DNA of 63,117 bases, counting the filler, from Choristocarpus tenellus KU-1152 (taxonomy: Eukaryota > Protista > Phaeophyceae), in assembly GCA_964200185.2 (NCBI GenBank). It is 10 parts of 10 records of this genome, joined end to end, with 100 filler letters (N's around TTAATTAATTAA, not from the genome) between each part and the next. Parts side by side here need not be neighbours in the genome. Positions count along the whole stretch, not along the records: positions 10,282 to 13,977 come from CAXNAD020018453.1; positions 14,078 to 16,980 come from CAXNAD020023775.1; positions 17,081 to 38,533 come from CAXNAD020000342.1; 7 more parts are not named here. The stretch is one strand, 5' to 3'. The number at the start of each line of letters is the position of its first letter. Within the stretch, counting starts at the first letter, position 1. The translations under genes were made by a program, and so were the position numbers. Of the stretch, positions 10,282-23,800 are shown piece by piece. The notes below the pieces were generated by a model. The model worked only from the letters and a program-made list of their open reading frames with translations. It was not told where the DNA came from and searched no databases.

Positions 10282-13200
10282 CTCACCAATCCTTACATTG
10301 AATTACTCAGAATACCAAATGACTCAACAGTTCTCTAGTACACGTCAGAAACACTCCGACTCTAACAGTCTGCTGATTACTTCTGGTCAAATACCCTAAA
10401 CATCCCGAATGTCCCGTATTATCTTCTGTACGTACATAAAATAATACTTCAAATCATATCCTCACAAATGGTCAAGCATAATCTTGACACACTCCCCTGC
10501 TCTGACACTGCAGTGAGAATCAAATCAGTCTAACAATAATCCCAACTTGAAATCAACTCAATCTGCACACTTCGAATCTTATTCTCACAGATGGACAAGC
10601 ATAATCTTGACACACTCCCCTGCTCTGTCCATACATCATGAATACAATGAACTCAATCCGCACACTACCCCTTACTCACAGTGCATGATAGTTCTAGTGT
10701 GAAACTCAAACACATTACCACTCAAAGTCTTCATGAACAAATCTCCATGTTGTTCACCAGAGTTTACATATACAATCTGTGCCTTCCCCTCCTTCACCAA
10801 GTTTCTAACATAATGATATCTAGTATCTATATTTTTGTCCTACCCTCCAAAGCCGTCTTCTCGGCCAACTTGATTGCCCCACTATTGTCTTCAAACAATC
10901 ATACACAATACTTGTGCATAGTTGACTAAAAAAAACTTGGACTTGTTGCAAAAACATAACCTCGTTGGCCAAATCACACAACGACACATACTCAGCCTCA
11001 GTGGTAGCTAAAGCAGCAGTTTTCTGCATTTTTGACCATGAGCTCACACATGCACCCCCAAACATTACCACACCACCAGACACAGAAAATCTTGAAATCG
11101 CACAATTGGCGTAGTCAGCATCAGCATAGCCAATGAGTTGGTCCCTAGGTGCATTCCCGTAAAACTGAAACCACCATAAGTCAAACCTCTCTTATTTGTC
11201 CTCAACAAATTAGCAATTACTCTCTCAGCCCCCTTCCAATCCGTCACTGTGGGACTTACACACTTCATCGCTAGGCTCCTTACTGCAGATGATTCATTGG
11301 GTCTGGTCATAATGGATGCCCACATCAAGCTCCCAACCATTGCATGATAACCATCTCTAACTGGTCCCTCCTCAACAAACTCTTTGGTGACAACAGCAGG
11401 AAGGTCGCAGCCAAGTCATGATCCCACATTTTGCCGCCAAGTTTTTAACATGTACCTGCTGGTCTATGGAAACTGTCCCTAGTCCACAATCCCTGTTTAT
11501 GCGACATCCCATAAACTGTCCCTTCTCCCCAACAGGGAAATTCTTGTTCAGTCCCTGAACTATATCCAAGGCATGCTTAGACCCGTTGCTGGCCCATAAG
11601 CATATCATCGACATGAATGAGCATGATCAGTACCAGTTCCCCATCCCACATCCACCTAAACAAACAAAGATCAGCCTCACATTGTATCAGTCCCAGCTCC
11701 AGTAATGATGCCACAAGTAAATTATTCCAATTACATGATGCTTGGACAATTCCATACAGTGATTTCTGTAGCTTCCGCTCCATCGAATTCAGCCGCCACC
11801 CCCTCTTGCAGCTCCACATACAAGTCTTCCTCCAGGTCTGCATTGGTGAAAGCCCTCACTGCATCTGCCATACTCAGGTCCCATCCCAACCATGCTGTCA
11901 GTACCAGGATCATCCGCAGGCTTGACATTTGTGTCATTGGTGCGAATTTTCATGCCAATCAATTCCAGGCTATTGTCGAAATCCTTGTACCTCCAGTCTT
12001 GCTTTCTAGCCCTCCACCAATCCCACTGCATTCACCTTCCTCGAAAAAATTAATTTCATTTTCATGACATTTGCCTCAGTTGGCCTGGGAACCTGAACCC
12101 ATGTGCCTTGAGCAATTAATCCATCAATCTCAGCATAGATAGCCTCAAGCCACTCCTTGAACTCTCGAGACTCAAGTGCTTCATTCACAGTGAGAGGTAC
12201 AGGAGGTAACTCACTAGCCGGAGTATCCCCTGCTAACCCAGTCCCAATTCATCACCAATCATCTCCACCTTGTGTCTGACCACATAGGCTGTTTATCTAG
12301 TAGTTCTCTTACATGCCAGAGGAGTTTGTGATGGCCCCACATTATACTCCCGGAGCCGAGACAGCATCCTGGGTTCAGAGGGTTGTGACTGCCCTCCTGA
12401 CCCAAGCCTCCCACTCCCCTTCCGTGGAGGTGACGCAACCCTGACCCCATTGACTTGTGCAGATATCCTCGTCCCACACCCCAATTGTACTGTGGGATCC
12501 GACCCCAATTGCTCTTCTTCAGCAGGCCCCGACCCCATCAGCTCCCCCGCATTAGTGCCTTCAACCATACCCTCCAGAAAAATCCAGTTTCTTCATCACT
12601 AGAATCCCCAGGTGTCATTTCCCCACTAGTGGTCACTGGAAAAAATCCTTCCCCCCTCTACAGTGGTAACCCTGAGGATTGATGTCGGGTGCCATCATGC
12701 AGGTTACTATCACACATGGACTCCTAACTAACATCCCTTCACATCACGAGTCACCCTGAACGTGGCAGCAGAATCCAGTAAGTATGGGAAGGGTGTTGGT
12801 TAAGAGGTGCAACACCCCGTCATAAAGCAAGGTTCAGCACATGGTGAAGACTTTGTGTGTCGATTGTCTATGCGAGCGTATCCACAGCTAACCCAAATTG
12901 GAAGTTGTGTCACATCAGCAGGACGTCCGTGCCATAATTCCCATGGAGTTATCCAGCCGGTATTAGCAGATGTCGGTGTCATGTTGGTAAGATCGTTGGT
13001 GTGTGACATCGCCTCCGCCCACAAGATCCCATCATTTTTCAATCCCACACCATATTGCAGTACAAGTGACCTTTCCCACACCAAGGCAATTTTCCTTTCA
13101 ACCACCCCATTGTGCTGAGGCGCTCCAGGCACAGTGTGCTCGTGTCAAATACCATACTTTTCCAGCATCGACTCAAAGGCAGCCCCAGTAAATTCCGTCC

Positions 13201-13977
13201 CACAGTCCGTCCGCACAGCTTTGATCTCTTGCTCAGCTGGCTTTGCCACAGTGATCAAGAATCTTTCAAATGCAGACGATGTCGTTTGATCACTCTAGGT
13301 TCTCAAGTAATACCTGCAACTCTTTCCAGTGCAGTCATCCACCACGAACATAGCATAGTATTGCCCCTTCCCCTTACTTGGTTGTTCTTTCGGTCCAGTC
13401 AAGTCCACATACACACGCCCCCCCTTTTCCGAGGTCTGGTTCTCAGTCTCCTTTGGTATTGGATGCCGATGTCTTTTGCCGAGTGAGCAACCTCGACAGA
13501 ATGGCCCCCAAGTCCCAGCCAGTAAAATATTCCGACCAGAAGCATCCCCTGATGAACATGGCCTAATCGTACATGCAGCTCATTGACGTCCATCAATGCA
13601 TTTTTCCGGGTCAAGTTAATTCTTGGTGTGCCAGAAATAGGTGTTGTATCAGTAGTAGGGACATTAGTAGAATCGGAGTCATTTATCACACTCACTCCGC
13701 GCATCCCTAGGGAGAATAATTCCTCCTCCCCCAATGACGTGAAGGTGAGATTTCTTTCCCCGTTGTCACTAAAAGTTGAGATTCAAGTGGAGTCAACGGA
13801 CCGGAAACTGTGACCATCTCGTATGCAAGCCTTGGCAGAATACAAGTTCACACCAAGATCAGGCACCACAAGTACATTAGTGAATACTACAGTCTCCAAT
13901 TTACCACTTAGAACACATTCCAATTTGATGTCTCCCTTCCCCACGATGTCAAGTGTTCCACCATGTTAAAGAAACTG
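10282..13977 (-). mobile_element. Ty1/Copia LTR retrotransposon, degenerate (protease-integrase-RT-RNase H, PPT and 3' LTR start)
   Basis: Minus-strand motifs in Copia order: DIVGKGDIKL..VLVVPDLGVNLYS (protease region), HVRLGH (GAG-pre-integrase), PQHNGVVER/LWAEAM (integrase), LQKSLYG and IHVDD (RT), ATTEAEYV (RNase H). A PPT-like GGGGAG followed by TGTGTCAAG lies near 10490. Many frameshifts and stops. Confidence 0.95.
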
Positions 13978-14887
13978 NNNNNNNNNNNNNNNNNNNNNNN
14001 NNNNNNNNNNNNNNNNNNNNNTTAATTAATTAANNNNNNNNNNNNNNNNNNNNNNNNNNNNNNNNNNNNNNNNNNNNTTAAATGCACCGCCCCCCCCCCC
14101 CCCCTTTGTAGGTTTTTACTTGCTTTTGCGGGTTTGTAACCTAGAAGAAATTTCCTGAATGTGCAGGGGTGGCAAGGTAGGAAAGAACTTAAATTAATAT
14201 ATATATATATATTTTTAGTTCAAAGCGTACGACCCGATCCTGTGGAAGGACTGCTATGTACAGGATAGAGGAGGGGTTTTAAATGCATAATTGCATTTCG
14301 TTGGTGAATATATTGGGAGGGTGCAACTTGATCGAAAGAGGCGTCGTTGTCATGTTAAGTACATTAGACTGCATTAGACTGCATTAGAGGTGCCATAATT
14401 TATTGGGAGGTGCTCCGAACCCCACAGGTGTGTTGATACATGAACTGTCTGCATTGCGGTCCTTAAGACAGCAGCACTTGACAGAAAAGTATGTAACCCT
14501 AACCCTAACCCTAAAACTTAATGGGAGTGTGTATGGAGTGTGAGTAGGTAAGTTTGTGCTACCTCTGGGCGGGTATTTTTGACTCAGGACTATGTACTTG
14601 AGTGCACTACATCATCCATCTCTCGTCCAACATCTGAACACGGAGCGCGCTTGATTTTTTTTTTTGAATGCCTGGAGAGGATGCATTGAGTCATGGTCCT
14701 CAGTTCTCTGAATGAATGTCACCTTGTGTGGCGTGTTTCCCTGGACAGCGAAACGGTAGGATCAGACTTTCTGGTACTTCAAAAGCCAAACTCACTCTGA
14801 AATAGTTGTGTGTTGTAGTAGCATTTTATTCTCAGCCTCAACCCGAATAACTTGATGTTACTTCTTTTTTCATTCTACTTCCGATAG

Positions 14888-15966
14888 CATGTTACCAATG
14901 TTGAGGAATATTTCAAACTTGAACTTGAACTTCAACTACGGGAAGACTCCACGGCCCCGATGGATTCACAAGAGCCTGCAGATTTTCCTTACAATCAAGT
15001 GCTGTACATGGTTACATTAGGGTTAGGGTCAGATCTTAATGTATTACCTACCGTGTTATTTTGTTGGTTACAAACCTTTTTTGTATCCAAAAAACTTGAA
15101 TTCTTGAACTTTTTCCTCACCTAAGAGAATCAACACACCAAAGGACCGCAAAAAAATATCCATTGACCAAGTTCGTAAAAAAATTGTAAAAAAAATTAGG
15201 AAGGTATTCTAGCAACCACCTCACCAGGCGCTTGATAGCATGCATGCCTTCCGTGCCTAGGTCATGCATGTAAACCCTCTTCAAGAGTGTTTGTTAACTC
15301 ACCACACCAACACCTACCCATCCCTTGCATGCACCTTCTGCTGGCCTTTTCACAGATGGACGAGGTGGAAGAGGTTGAGATGTTTAAACTCTGTCTACAC
15401 TTTGCGGCGGACTTTTGTTGGTTTGGTTTGAGTATCCCCCGTCACTGTCACAAAGTGGAGCAGCAGATCTTGTCTCAGTGCAGACCAGCGATAGCTGAGT
15501 CTTTCACAACCCCGCTGAGGAAGAAGGGCATGTGATACCACCGTGTAACTTAAGCTTTTAGTCATACTTTTTATGGGCAGTTGCTGCAGGTTTTTTTTTG
15601 TTCCTTGCGTAGTTTTGATGAATGCAGGAAGGGGGTAAAGTTGCAGGTATTGCTGCCTTTGTCCCCGATGATATTCTTTTCACTTGTGTGTGGAGGTGTA
15701 AGAGTGAGCTGTTCATCGTATTGTACCTTTACCTCCCCTCACTAGAAAGAGTTTCTTTTTTTCTAAGAAAAAACTAAATTCAAGGAAAACTCGGAGTAGT
15801 TGGAAACTGTGTTGTTGGAGACCCCCAGTTGTGGCGATTTGAATGTACAGGGGGAAAATGAAGAGGTCTAGATGTACCAAATATGTAACCTTTCACTTCA
15901 GTATATTCCAGAAGAGGTTGGTCATGGTGGTATTGTCTTCATTAGAGGAAAAACAATGTTTTACAC
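14888..15966 (+). pseudogene. Possible decayed multi-exon gene of unknown family
   Basis: Acceptor/donor-bounded blocks: HVTNVEEYFKLELELQLREDS...; KRINTPKDRKKISIDQVRKKIVKKIRK; MDEVEEVEMFKLCLHFAADF...KKGM*; GENEEV*MYQICNLSLQYIPEEVGHGGIVFIRG. In-frame stops are present. Confidence 0.3.
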
Positions 15967-16156
15967 GTATTTATTATTTGGAATATTTCTAGTCCTGCTG
16001 TCACTGTTTATTAAATTCTTTCTTTCCACTGCTGTTCCTCCATCGCTCATCACAGCACTAGTTTACTAATTAGGAAACACATTTATATATGTACTTGGTA
16101 GTATTATGTATGATTTGAGATGGAAGGAAAAAGAGTGGAACAATGGCCGACAGTGT

Positions 16157-16384
16157 GACTCAAAGTAATTAAAGTGCCTAGGCATAGGGCGCTTTGCTTT
16201 TTAAAGCCAGTTTTCCATTCTTTTGCAATTCACCCATATTTCTAGGGATGAAGTTTCAAGTTTGGTCTTGAGAACATATCTTTGTCCACTGTTTGACACT
16301 TAACCGACGCAATTTCGAAAATATCCTACACATATTTGTCAAAATGAAACTCCGGGCACTTCTCGTTTACTCTGACTTTGTGTC
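16157..16384. mobile_element. Degenerate MITE-like element (GACTCAAAG...CTTTGTGTC)
   Basis: Imperfect TIRs gactcaaagtaattaaagtgcc / ggcacttctcgtttactctgactttgtgtc. Size and terminus resemble the other families. Confidence 0.45.
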
Positions 16385-16743
16385 ATAGTTCTACCCACAT
16401 GTGACGGCTCTGTTAAGCAATATAATGCCAACTCCCTGAAGGCGCACGCATGCCCAGATCACCAATACAGGACAATAAGCCCTACATATTTTGGAAGTCT
16501 CAGAAAATTTGTTGGAAATTGAATGCAGCAACAATTACACTCCCTCTTTCAGCAAGCTCTACACTCTCCAACCAACAACCCCAGATAGCTCCCTGTAGCT
16601 CTTTGGCGTAAAACTTGGTATCTATGGCTGTAAAAAAACGTATGACCCTACTTGATTTGAGAACAGGTTTTGGTCCGAGTTACAAAGGAAGAACTTGAGG
16701 TTTTTGTTTGTACCTTCCACTCAGTATTATTATTATTATTATT

Positions 16744-16920
16744 GACCCAAAGTATCTTGGGGGGGGGGGGTCTACACCAGAGTGTCCATTTGGACCAAAA
16801 CCAGGAAAAATGCACTTCACTATCCATCCCATGTATGGAACCAAATCACCCAAAAAATGACATGAAAAATTTGGACCCAAATGGACAGTCGCCACCCCCC
16901 CCCCCCAGATACTTTGAGCC
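16744..16920 (+). mobile_element. MITE family 2 (~180 bp, TIR GACCCAAAGTATCT-poly G)
   Basis: gacccaaagtatcttggggg ... cccccagatactttgagcc; reverse-complement homolog at 38680-38860. Confidence 0.85.
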
Positions 16921-17086
16921 ATAATTATTATTATTTTTATCATACCCACTAACAAAATGCAGATAGATGCCAACGAGAGANNNNNNNNNNNNNNNNNNNN
17001 NNNNNNNNNNNNNNNNNNNNNNNNTTAATTAATTAANNNNNNNNNNNNNNNNNNNNNNNNNNNNNNNNNNNNNNNNNNNNAATATG

Positions 17087-17262
17087 TAACAGCCGATTTC
17101 AAAAATTGAGGATGGAGCTTTTCATTGAGGATGGGCTTGACCCAAAATTGACTGGGATAAACAATACAAAAAAAAACATATCGACACTTTATCCCAGTCA
17201 CTTTTGGGTCAAGCCCATCCTCAATGAAAAGCTCCATTCTCAATTTTTGAAATCGGCTGTTA
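17087..17262. repeat. Long near-perfect inverted repeat (~75-bp arms, ~26-nt loop)
   Basis: taacagccgatttcaaaaattgagg...actgggataaa / loop / tttatcccagtc...aatttttgaaatcggctgtta. Two arm differences, one of them a G-U pair on the + strand. Confidence 0.93.
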
Positions 17263-18288
17263 TGTATAGGGTTTCCACAAATATAGGAAGGCATTCCCGG
17301 TGGTCGAGGCTCAGATAAAGATCTTGTCTGACCGACAAGCGGTTGACAAATCTCGAACACAACCGTTCACCTGACATGTTGAATATTTGCACATAATATT
17401 GCATAGTAAGTACCCTTTGTTGTTTTCTTTACCTTGTATATTTAGTTGCTTTTTTTTCTCCTCCATGACATCTAGAAGAAGTAGGCATAATGATAGAGCA
17501 ATAATTGAAGAGGTAGGCTCCTTCGACATTACTATTAACTAGAACAATTATCTAAGTAGTTAGTTCTTCCACGTTCCAGAAATATGCCCTCTTCTACTAC
17601 AGGAGGAACGATCGTCTGGCATAGTGATTGTTAGATTCCTTATTGTAAAAATGGGGTGGAATGAAGCTTTCAATATCCCTAGTCCATCCACCAAGCAAGG
17701 CACTGGGTAGGAGAGAGAAACTAAGATCTACAGGCATAAGCCCTATACGATAACTCATCTCTCTCTCTCTCTGCAAGTACTGCCCCATAAGAAGCAACTC
17801 ATGCCATATATTCATTCGCATGTAGTCTTTTTGATTCCTTTCATATTTTGTGGATGTCATAGGGGAGACAAGAAGCAAAATAAGAGGCAGAGAAATTGGA
17901 GTCAATTGGACTGAGAGGGAGGTGCAACTGATAGTTAGGGGACCCCTTGACTTTCAAGTGGCACATATTTTTGGAACACATAGCACACAGCTGTCCAATA
18001 CGTTTAGGCAATTTCGTGAGTACATTCAGTTTGCGGTAGAAGCGAGATGTGCTTCTCTCTAACGATGCCCTTTTTTTAATGTCTTCCTCTTCTTCATTCA
18101 TTTAATAGTTGAAAAAAAACTTGAACCCCCCCCCTGACCAAACCATGCTCCAAGTATTGCTTACAATGAAGACATTCTAGATGACTCATCCTCTCCTAGA
18201 GGGGGGTCTATTTCGACCATTTTGGAGGTTTCTTCTTTAAAGAATAACTTCCGCCTGACACCCTATTCATATGCCTGAAATAAACGTA

Positions 18289-18551
18289 GAGTCAAAGTAT
18301 CTAAGAGGGTAGAGCCGAGTCCGTTTGGGGGTCAAAATCCAATGTTGCGATTTTGATGTAATTTTGGCTATCATGTTTGTTTAGGAAGTGTCAATATCCA
18401 TGTTCTGAACGCACCTTTTCATAACATACACATTTTACCTACTTCGGAACATTTCGGATAAGGAAAGTAAGTGTCATAAAAAATCCATGGGAAGCCAAGC
18501 CCCAAATTGACAAACAGGGCAAAATTCGAACCCTCTAAGATCATTTTACTC
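18289..18551 (+). mobile_element. MITE family 1, full copy with 4-bp TSD CGTA
   Basis: cgta|gagtcaaagtatctaagagggta ... ccctctaagatcattttactc|cgta. Confidence 0.92.
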
Positions 18552-20475
18552 CGTAGCTAACCCCCCTTACCAGGCTGTGGACACAGAAGACAAGATAAAC
18601 ATTAACTCCCCTTAAGGGGTTGTGTATATAGAAGGGAAGGTACACTTTCATCCACAAAATAAATGCAAAATAACCCTCTAGAGTGCTACATACGAACATG
18701 TTATGTACCCAGATGGAAGTCACAAGGACCCCAAATACTCAACGACATGCTTCCCTCCAAGATCAGATGGTTCAATACACCATCAACACTAATAGTTTTA
18801 TATTTTGAAAACAAGAAACCAAACTCCTTCCTCATCAAAAAGTATTATGCCTGAAAATAACAGCCAAGAACATATGATGATATACACAGCTGAAACTACT
18901 CTTCCAGGACTGGGACCATGAAGGCGATATAGAAGGAATGATAGAATCCCACGAATCTGTCAGGACCCACCTCGCTCATCGTGCAATTTTTTTTTTATCT
19001 AATGATATTGTAGTACTAAAATACATGGAACTTCCCTAAAATACTACTACTTCAAAGTAATAAACTAGGTTCAGTACACTTCACACAATTGACAAGGGTT
19101 ATTTCATAGTGGCCGGGTAGTCCAATTACGTTCAAGACTCACACACTCTTCTATACTTAGGGTTAGCATATGTCGAATAATCGTCCTTAGTGTAATATGA
19201 ACAAATGTTGGAGTATTGATCGGTTCCATAGTTCAAACCATCAGTGATACAATGTACTTCAACAAAATACCTAGTTGTAGTCAGTACTACAGTATCGAAT
19301 ATTTCGAAGTACTCAGTAGTATGTAATGTGAATTTTTGCCCATTAAATGCAGATATATTTTATGGGGGGGGAGGAAGAAGCAACACAAGATAAGGCAGAG
19401 AAGAACACAATGGATATCAACACTCTGTTTTGCTTGGGATAAAGGACTTGTGATACACCAACAACGGTAGTTGTAAATTTGACAACAACAAACACGTGTC
19501 AATACGCACACCTGAAACTACTCCTAGACTGGTATGTGGAGACAACCAAGAAACTAGGGAAGAATCTAAGGAGTTAGGCAGGCCCCACCTTGCCCACCAG
19601 CCTGGTAGTCTCCAGCTGAAAGTATTTTTCGCACCTCTTGATATATAACATATACAACACGTGATATGTACAATATATATATACAGTGCTTGCTCTCAGC
19701 TGGTACTACTACATGTAGTAGCTGTGTAGGAACTAATTAGCGTACATGTTTAGTGAAACATTCCAAAATGCAACGTACAAGCACAACAGCAGCAGCAGCA
19801 GTAGTTGTTCCCTCGCAATATTATGTACACGCACGACTGGTAAGCTCGTTGAGGAATTCACAGATGATAAGCGCCCTGAAGTAGTGTGCGGTGAATTAAT
19901 GAGAGGAAAGCTGAAACTTCTTCGAGTAACCATTGTGCTATTATTTACATCTATATATTCCTGCAGCCGTCCATCAGAAGTACAGTCCTCCACTACAGAC
20001 ACAACGAGAAGGACCCTGAGTTCGACACACCATCATGGTATCCATCATTCACTTCTTCCATGGCAATGGAGGGTATTGGCTCAGAAAACCATTTGCTTAA
20101 TGATCCGAATCAGTCAGGCACACACTACCCAAGGATTGAAGGAGTATTTTTTTAGGGAAGTAAAGCAGACATATTTTTGTGTGAACTTTTCTTTTGTGAT
20201 TCCATTATTTGGCAACAACACAACCCCTGATTTTCACTTCCCTTTCCTTCACCCCCCTTTCACCCATACATTTGCGACCTAGGTACAGTTTGGTTTCTCC
20301 TATATCATGGGGCGGTGTTGTTGAGAATTTGGGACCCCCGTGTCTGACCTCTAGTACATATATGTGCTTCTAGCACTCTGAAGGGCGATTTCACGGTTTT
20401 GTGGTCAACCACGTGACTACTAATCAGCATCCTTGGGGGGGTTAGTGGCATTTCACCCATGGGAAAGGGGGTTTA

Positions 20476-20733
20476 GAGCCAACGCATCTTAGAGGGTAGA
20501 GCTGCGTCCATTTAGGGGCCAAAATCCAATGTTGCGATTTTGATATAATTTTGGATATCGTGTTTGTTAGGAAGTGTCAATATCTATGTTTCGGATACAC
20601 CTTTTCATAACGTATACATTTTACCTACTCCGAACCATTTTGGAGAAGGAAAATGTCATAACAAACCCATGCAAAGCCAAGCACCAAATGGACAAACAGG
20701 GAAAAGCTCATACCCTCTAAGATACTATCACTC
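20476..20733 (+). mobile_element. MITE family 1, full copy (flanks TTTA/TTCA)
   Basis: gagccaacgcatcttagagggta ... taccctctaagatactatcactc; internal homology to 323-582. Confidence 0.9.
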
Positions 20734-20883
20734 TTCAGGCAGATGGTTTAAAAAGTCCTAAATACCAAGGACCTAAATGCACCCACCTCTAGAATAGGGT
20801 TGCTCTTTGTCTTATACTAAAGATAAGAAGCTCTATTAATAGCAACATTTCCTATTTTGCCTCTACCCATAAATAGCCTATAC

Positions 20884-23800
20884 GTATGCCCATCTCTGCC
20901 AGCAATTAATATCGTTTTCACACCTGTGCAAATTGGGCTCTTCAAGGATGGACCTGAGCCCCTGGTGGTGTGTGCACGGGTGAATGAAGGGGAAGGATGT
21001 GAAAAATGAGCATGGTACGATCAGTAGTACGTCACGCGAGGAAAGGTCTGTGCCAGTGCCAAGAGCCTGTACTAGTGTAGGCAAAACACTGGGTAAGGCA
21101 ATGAGCAGATGCATCATCATAAATGTATATCGTTCATGCTCGTTATGTGATAGGTTGGCACAAGAAATGTCCATAAACCTATTTTTCAGTTTATTTCACT
21201 ACTACTATTGTTTATAGTAGTACATTGTTTCACACATTTCTTTGGTAGGTTTGGCCTTCCTTCTCAAACCCATGGCTGTAGGTTGTAAGACAGAGAAAGT
21301 CAAAAAATGGAAGATATAATGTGATTCAAGAAAGAAGAAATATTAATAGAAATCGGGAGGTCTTGGGCACAGCAGCAATAAAGACTAAACAAACAGGTGT
21401 ACCTGGCCGTTCCAAAATAACCTAAACACCCACACCAGTACCAAGGTTGTTCAATTACCAGAAATAATTCAAAATTAGGTCTATGTTTTATCACTGAGGC
21501 CTCCACCCTCTCGAAATATGAGGCAGGAGGACCACAACAAAAAAAACGAGTTAGAAAAGTGAACGGACAGTAGGACACAAGTCCCAGACAGGCACATCCC
21601 TATGTTGCGTATAGTAGACCCCCCAGGAACCAGTATCAAGGAGGTCTGGCCTTGACAACGTTTGTACAGTTCCAATTATCCATGGAGTTCTTGACTTTCA
21701 CCGTAGTTGCATGTATTGTACCACTCTCACTAGTTTCTCTGCAACAGTCTCCACTAAACTATTAGTAGCGGGGAAGATGGAAAACCCAGGTGCTGTTCTG
21801 TGACATTGTGGCAGTACTACTGTTGATATAGTTAGTGTCTGTATATTGTGGTACTGGGCCATGATTGCTAGGAACTAGAACAACTTGTAGAGCTTAAAGT
21901 AGGTCCCCAGACCTCTAGAACTCTGCTCCTTTTCGGTTTTTGGTTTCCTTGTGGATGTGTAGATTTATGCTTCCAAGGACGGAACCTAAGGTTCCCTACG
22001 TAATTGCATCACAGGAGATACAATTGTCGAGGTTCAGAACCAAGAAGAACTCTACTACTGCACAATAAATACTACTAACACCATGCATACTCTGTGGAGT
22101 TAGTTGAGCAGGTGCATGTTCCTTGTAAGGAGGTGTGTAATAACTGTGTACCAGAAATATTTTGAAGTGTCCTATGGTGATGTCCCTTGGCAGCAATATG
22201 CATTTTGACCCACTAATACAGGTCCACACAGACAAATATCAATGACTTGGACAAACTACATAATCAACTCTTCCGCCTCTTCTTTTCCTTTTCCTTTTCT
22301 TCTCTTTCTTGTGTGGAATTTGAAAATATGATCATGATGGTCAAGGAGAATATAGCACAAGGAGAAGATTCACTGGCATCAAAGGGGTCACCTCTAGTTA
22401 CCCAAAATCTTATCTGGTCGTCAAGTTATGGTTACATTTTCTCGAAGCACGAAGCTCAAAACATGAATTCAGATATGACAACTGCCATCAATAGTTCCTG
22501 GGACCAATGCACTACTATAGTCTTCTGTAAACACTCAGTCTATCCTTCTTGGGGATTGTTTTTCGTTTGACTATCCTAACGTTTTGTCACGTTGAAAATG
22601 AACGTATGCACTGCACGAATAAATGAAGGAGAAAAAAATATAAACGGGTAATGCACACCCATACAACTAAAAAAACACAACTCTCAACGTCTGTGTTACC
22701 CAAGAATATTATTATTATCTGCAGCCTTATTTGATCTAAATTGGACGATATACATTACAACTTATTTTGGCCTATTTCGCTGTCTAATACCCATTGTACC
22801 AACAATGCTTGAGGCCAGTTGTTGTGTAACATCTGTTGTCCACAAAATGCTTGAGTCAACTTGCTCTATAACATCCGCTGTCTAGCAAAAGGCTTGCACA
22901 TCGCACATACATCAATTGCCAGGGTAATGTTCTGTGCCGTTGGCTCTACAACACTAGTGGTCCAGTAAACTGTCGACCTCGTTGGTCTGAGTAATGTACG
23001 TTGTTCAGAACAATGTTTGTGGTTCCGTTTCCTGAGCTCCTATTCCCCGAAGCGATCTAATTCAATACTAATATATTATATGTTTCTTTCATACAGTCGG
23101 TTGATCTTTTTGAGCAGAGAAAGCGAGAATTGGAATAATTTCACCACAAGGAAAAAAAAAGCAAAAAAGAAGGATTTCTGTCCTTTCTCATTCCTCGATA
23201 TGTCTCTAGTCCAGCAAACACTTGAGCCCTTTTGCTCTATAATGTCCTTTGCTCTGGAGAATGGTTGGGGACACTGGTCACTTGCTCTGTAAGAATGTCT
23301 CTTCTGGGCAAGAGCTTGAGCCAGTTTGGTCCGTAGTGAGTTTCATTGTCCAGGACAACCCTTGCACCAATTTTTTCTGTAATGTCTGTTCTTTGGACAT
23401 TGTTTTGTTTTTGTGGCGCATGATGTTAAAATGTTAAAGTTGTGGTATGTGAGTGTTACCTTTTCCGATATGTGAAGTTATAAACTTATAAAAAGTAAAC
23501 TGAAAAGCACATTGAACCACTGCATCAACTCCACAATTAATCGGTAAAAATAGAACAGATTTAATGCCTTTCATACTGACAACAAGTGCATGTTATCATA
23601 CGACCACTGACATTTTAACAATGTTGTCAAGAGAGTGGAAGGGGACATAACACAACATCAACACATGCTCAAATTTTCTTCAGTAGACATCTTCTATTAA
23701 TACTTGTCAGAAAGTAACATACTTTGAAGAGTCATTGTTTTAAAATGCTAAGACACATTCAGTCAGCTATTGGACCTCACATGTTGAGTCAAAATGAAAA

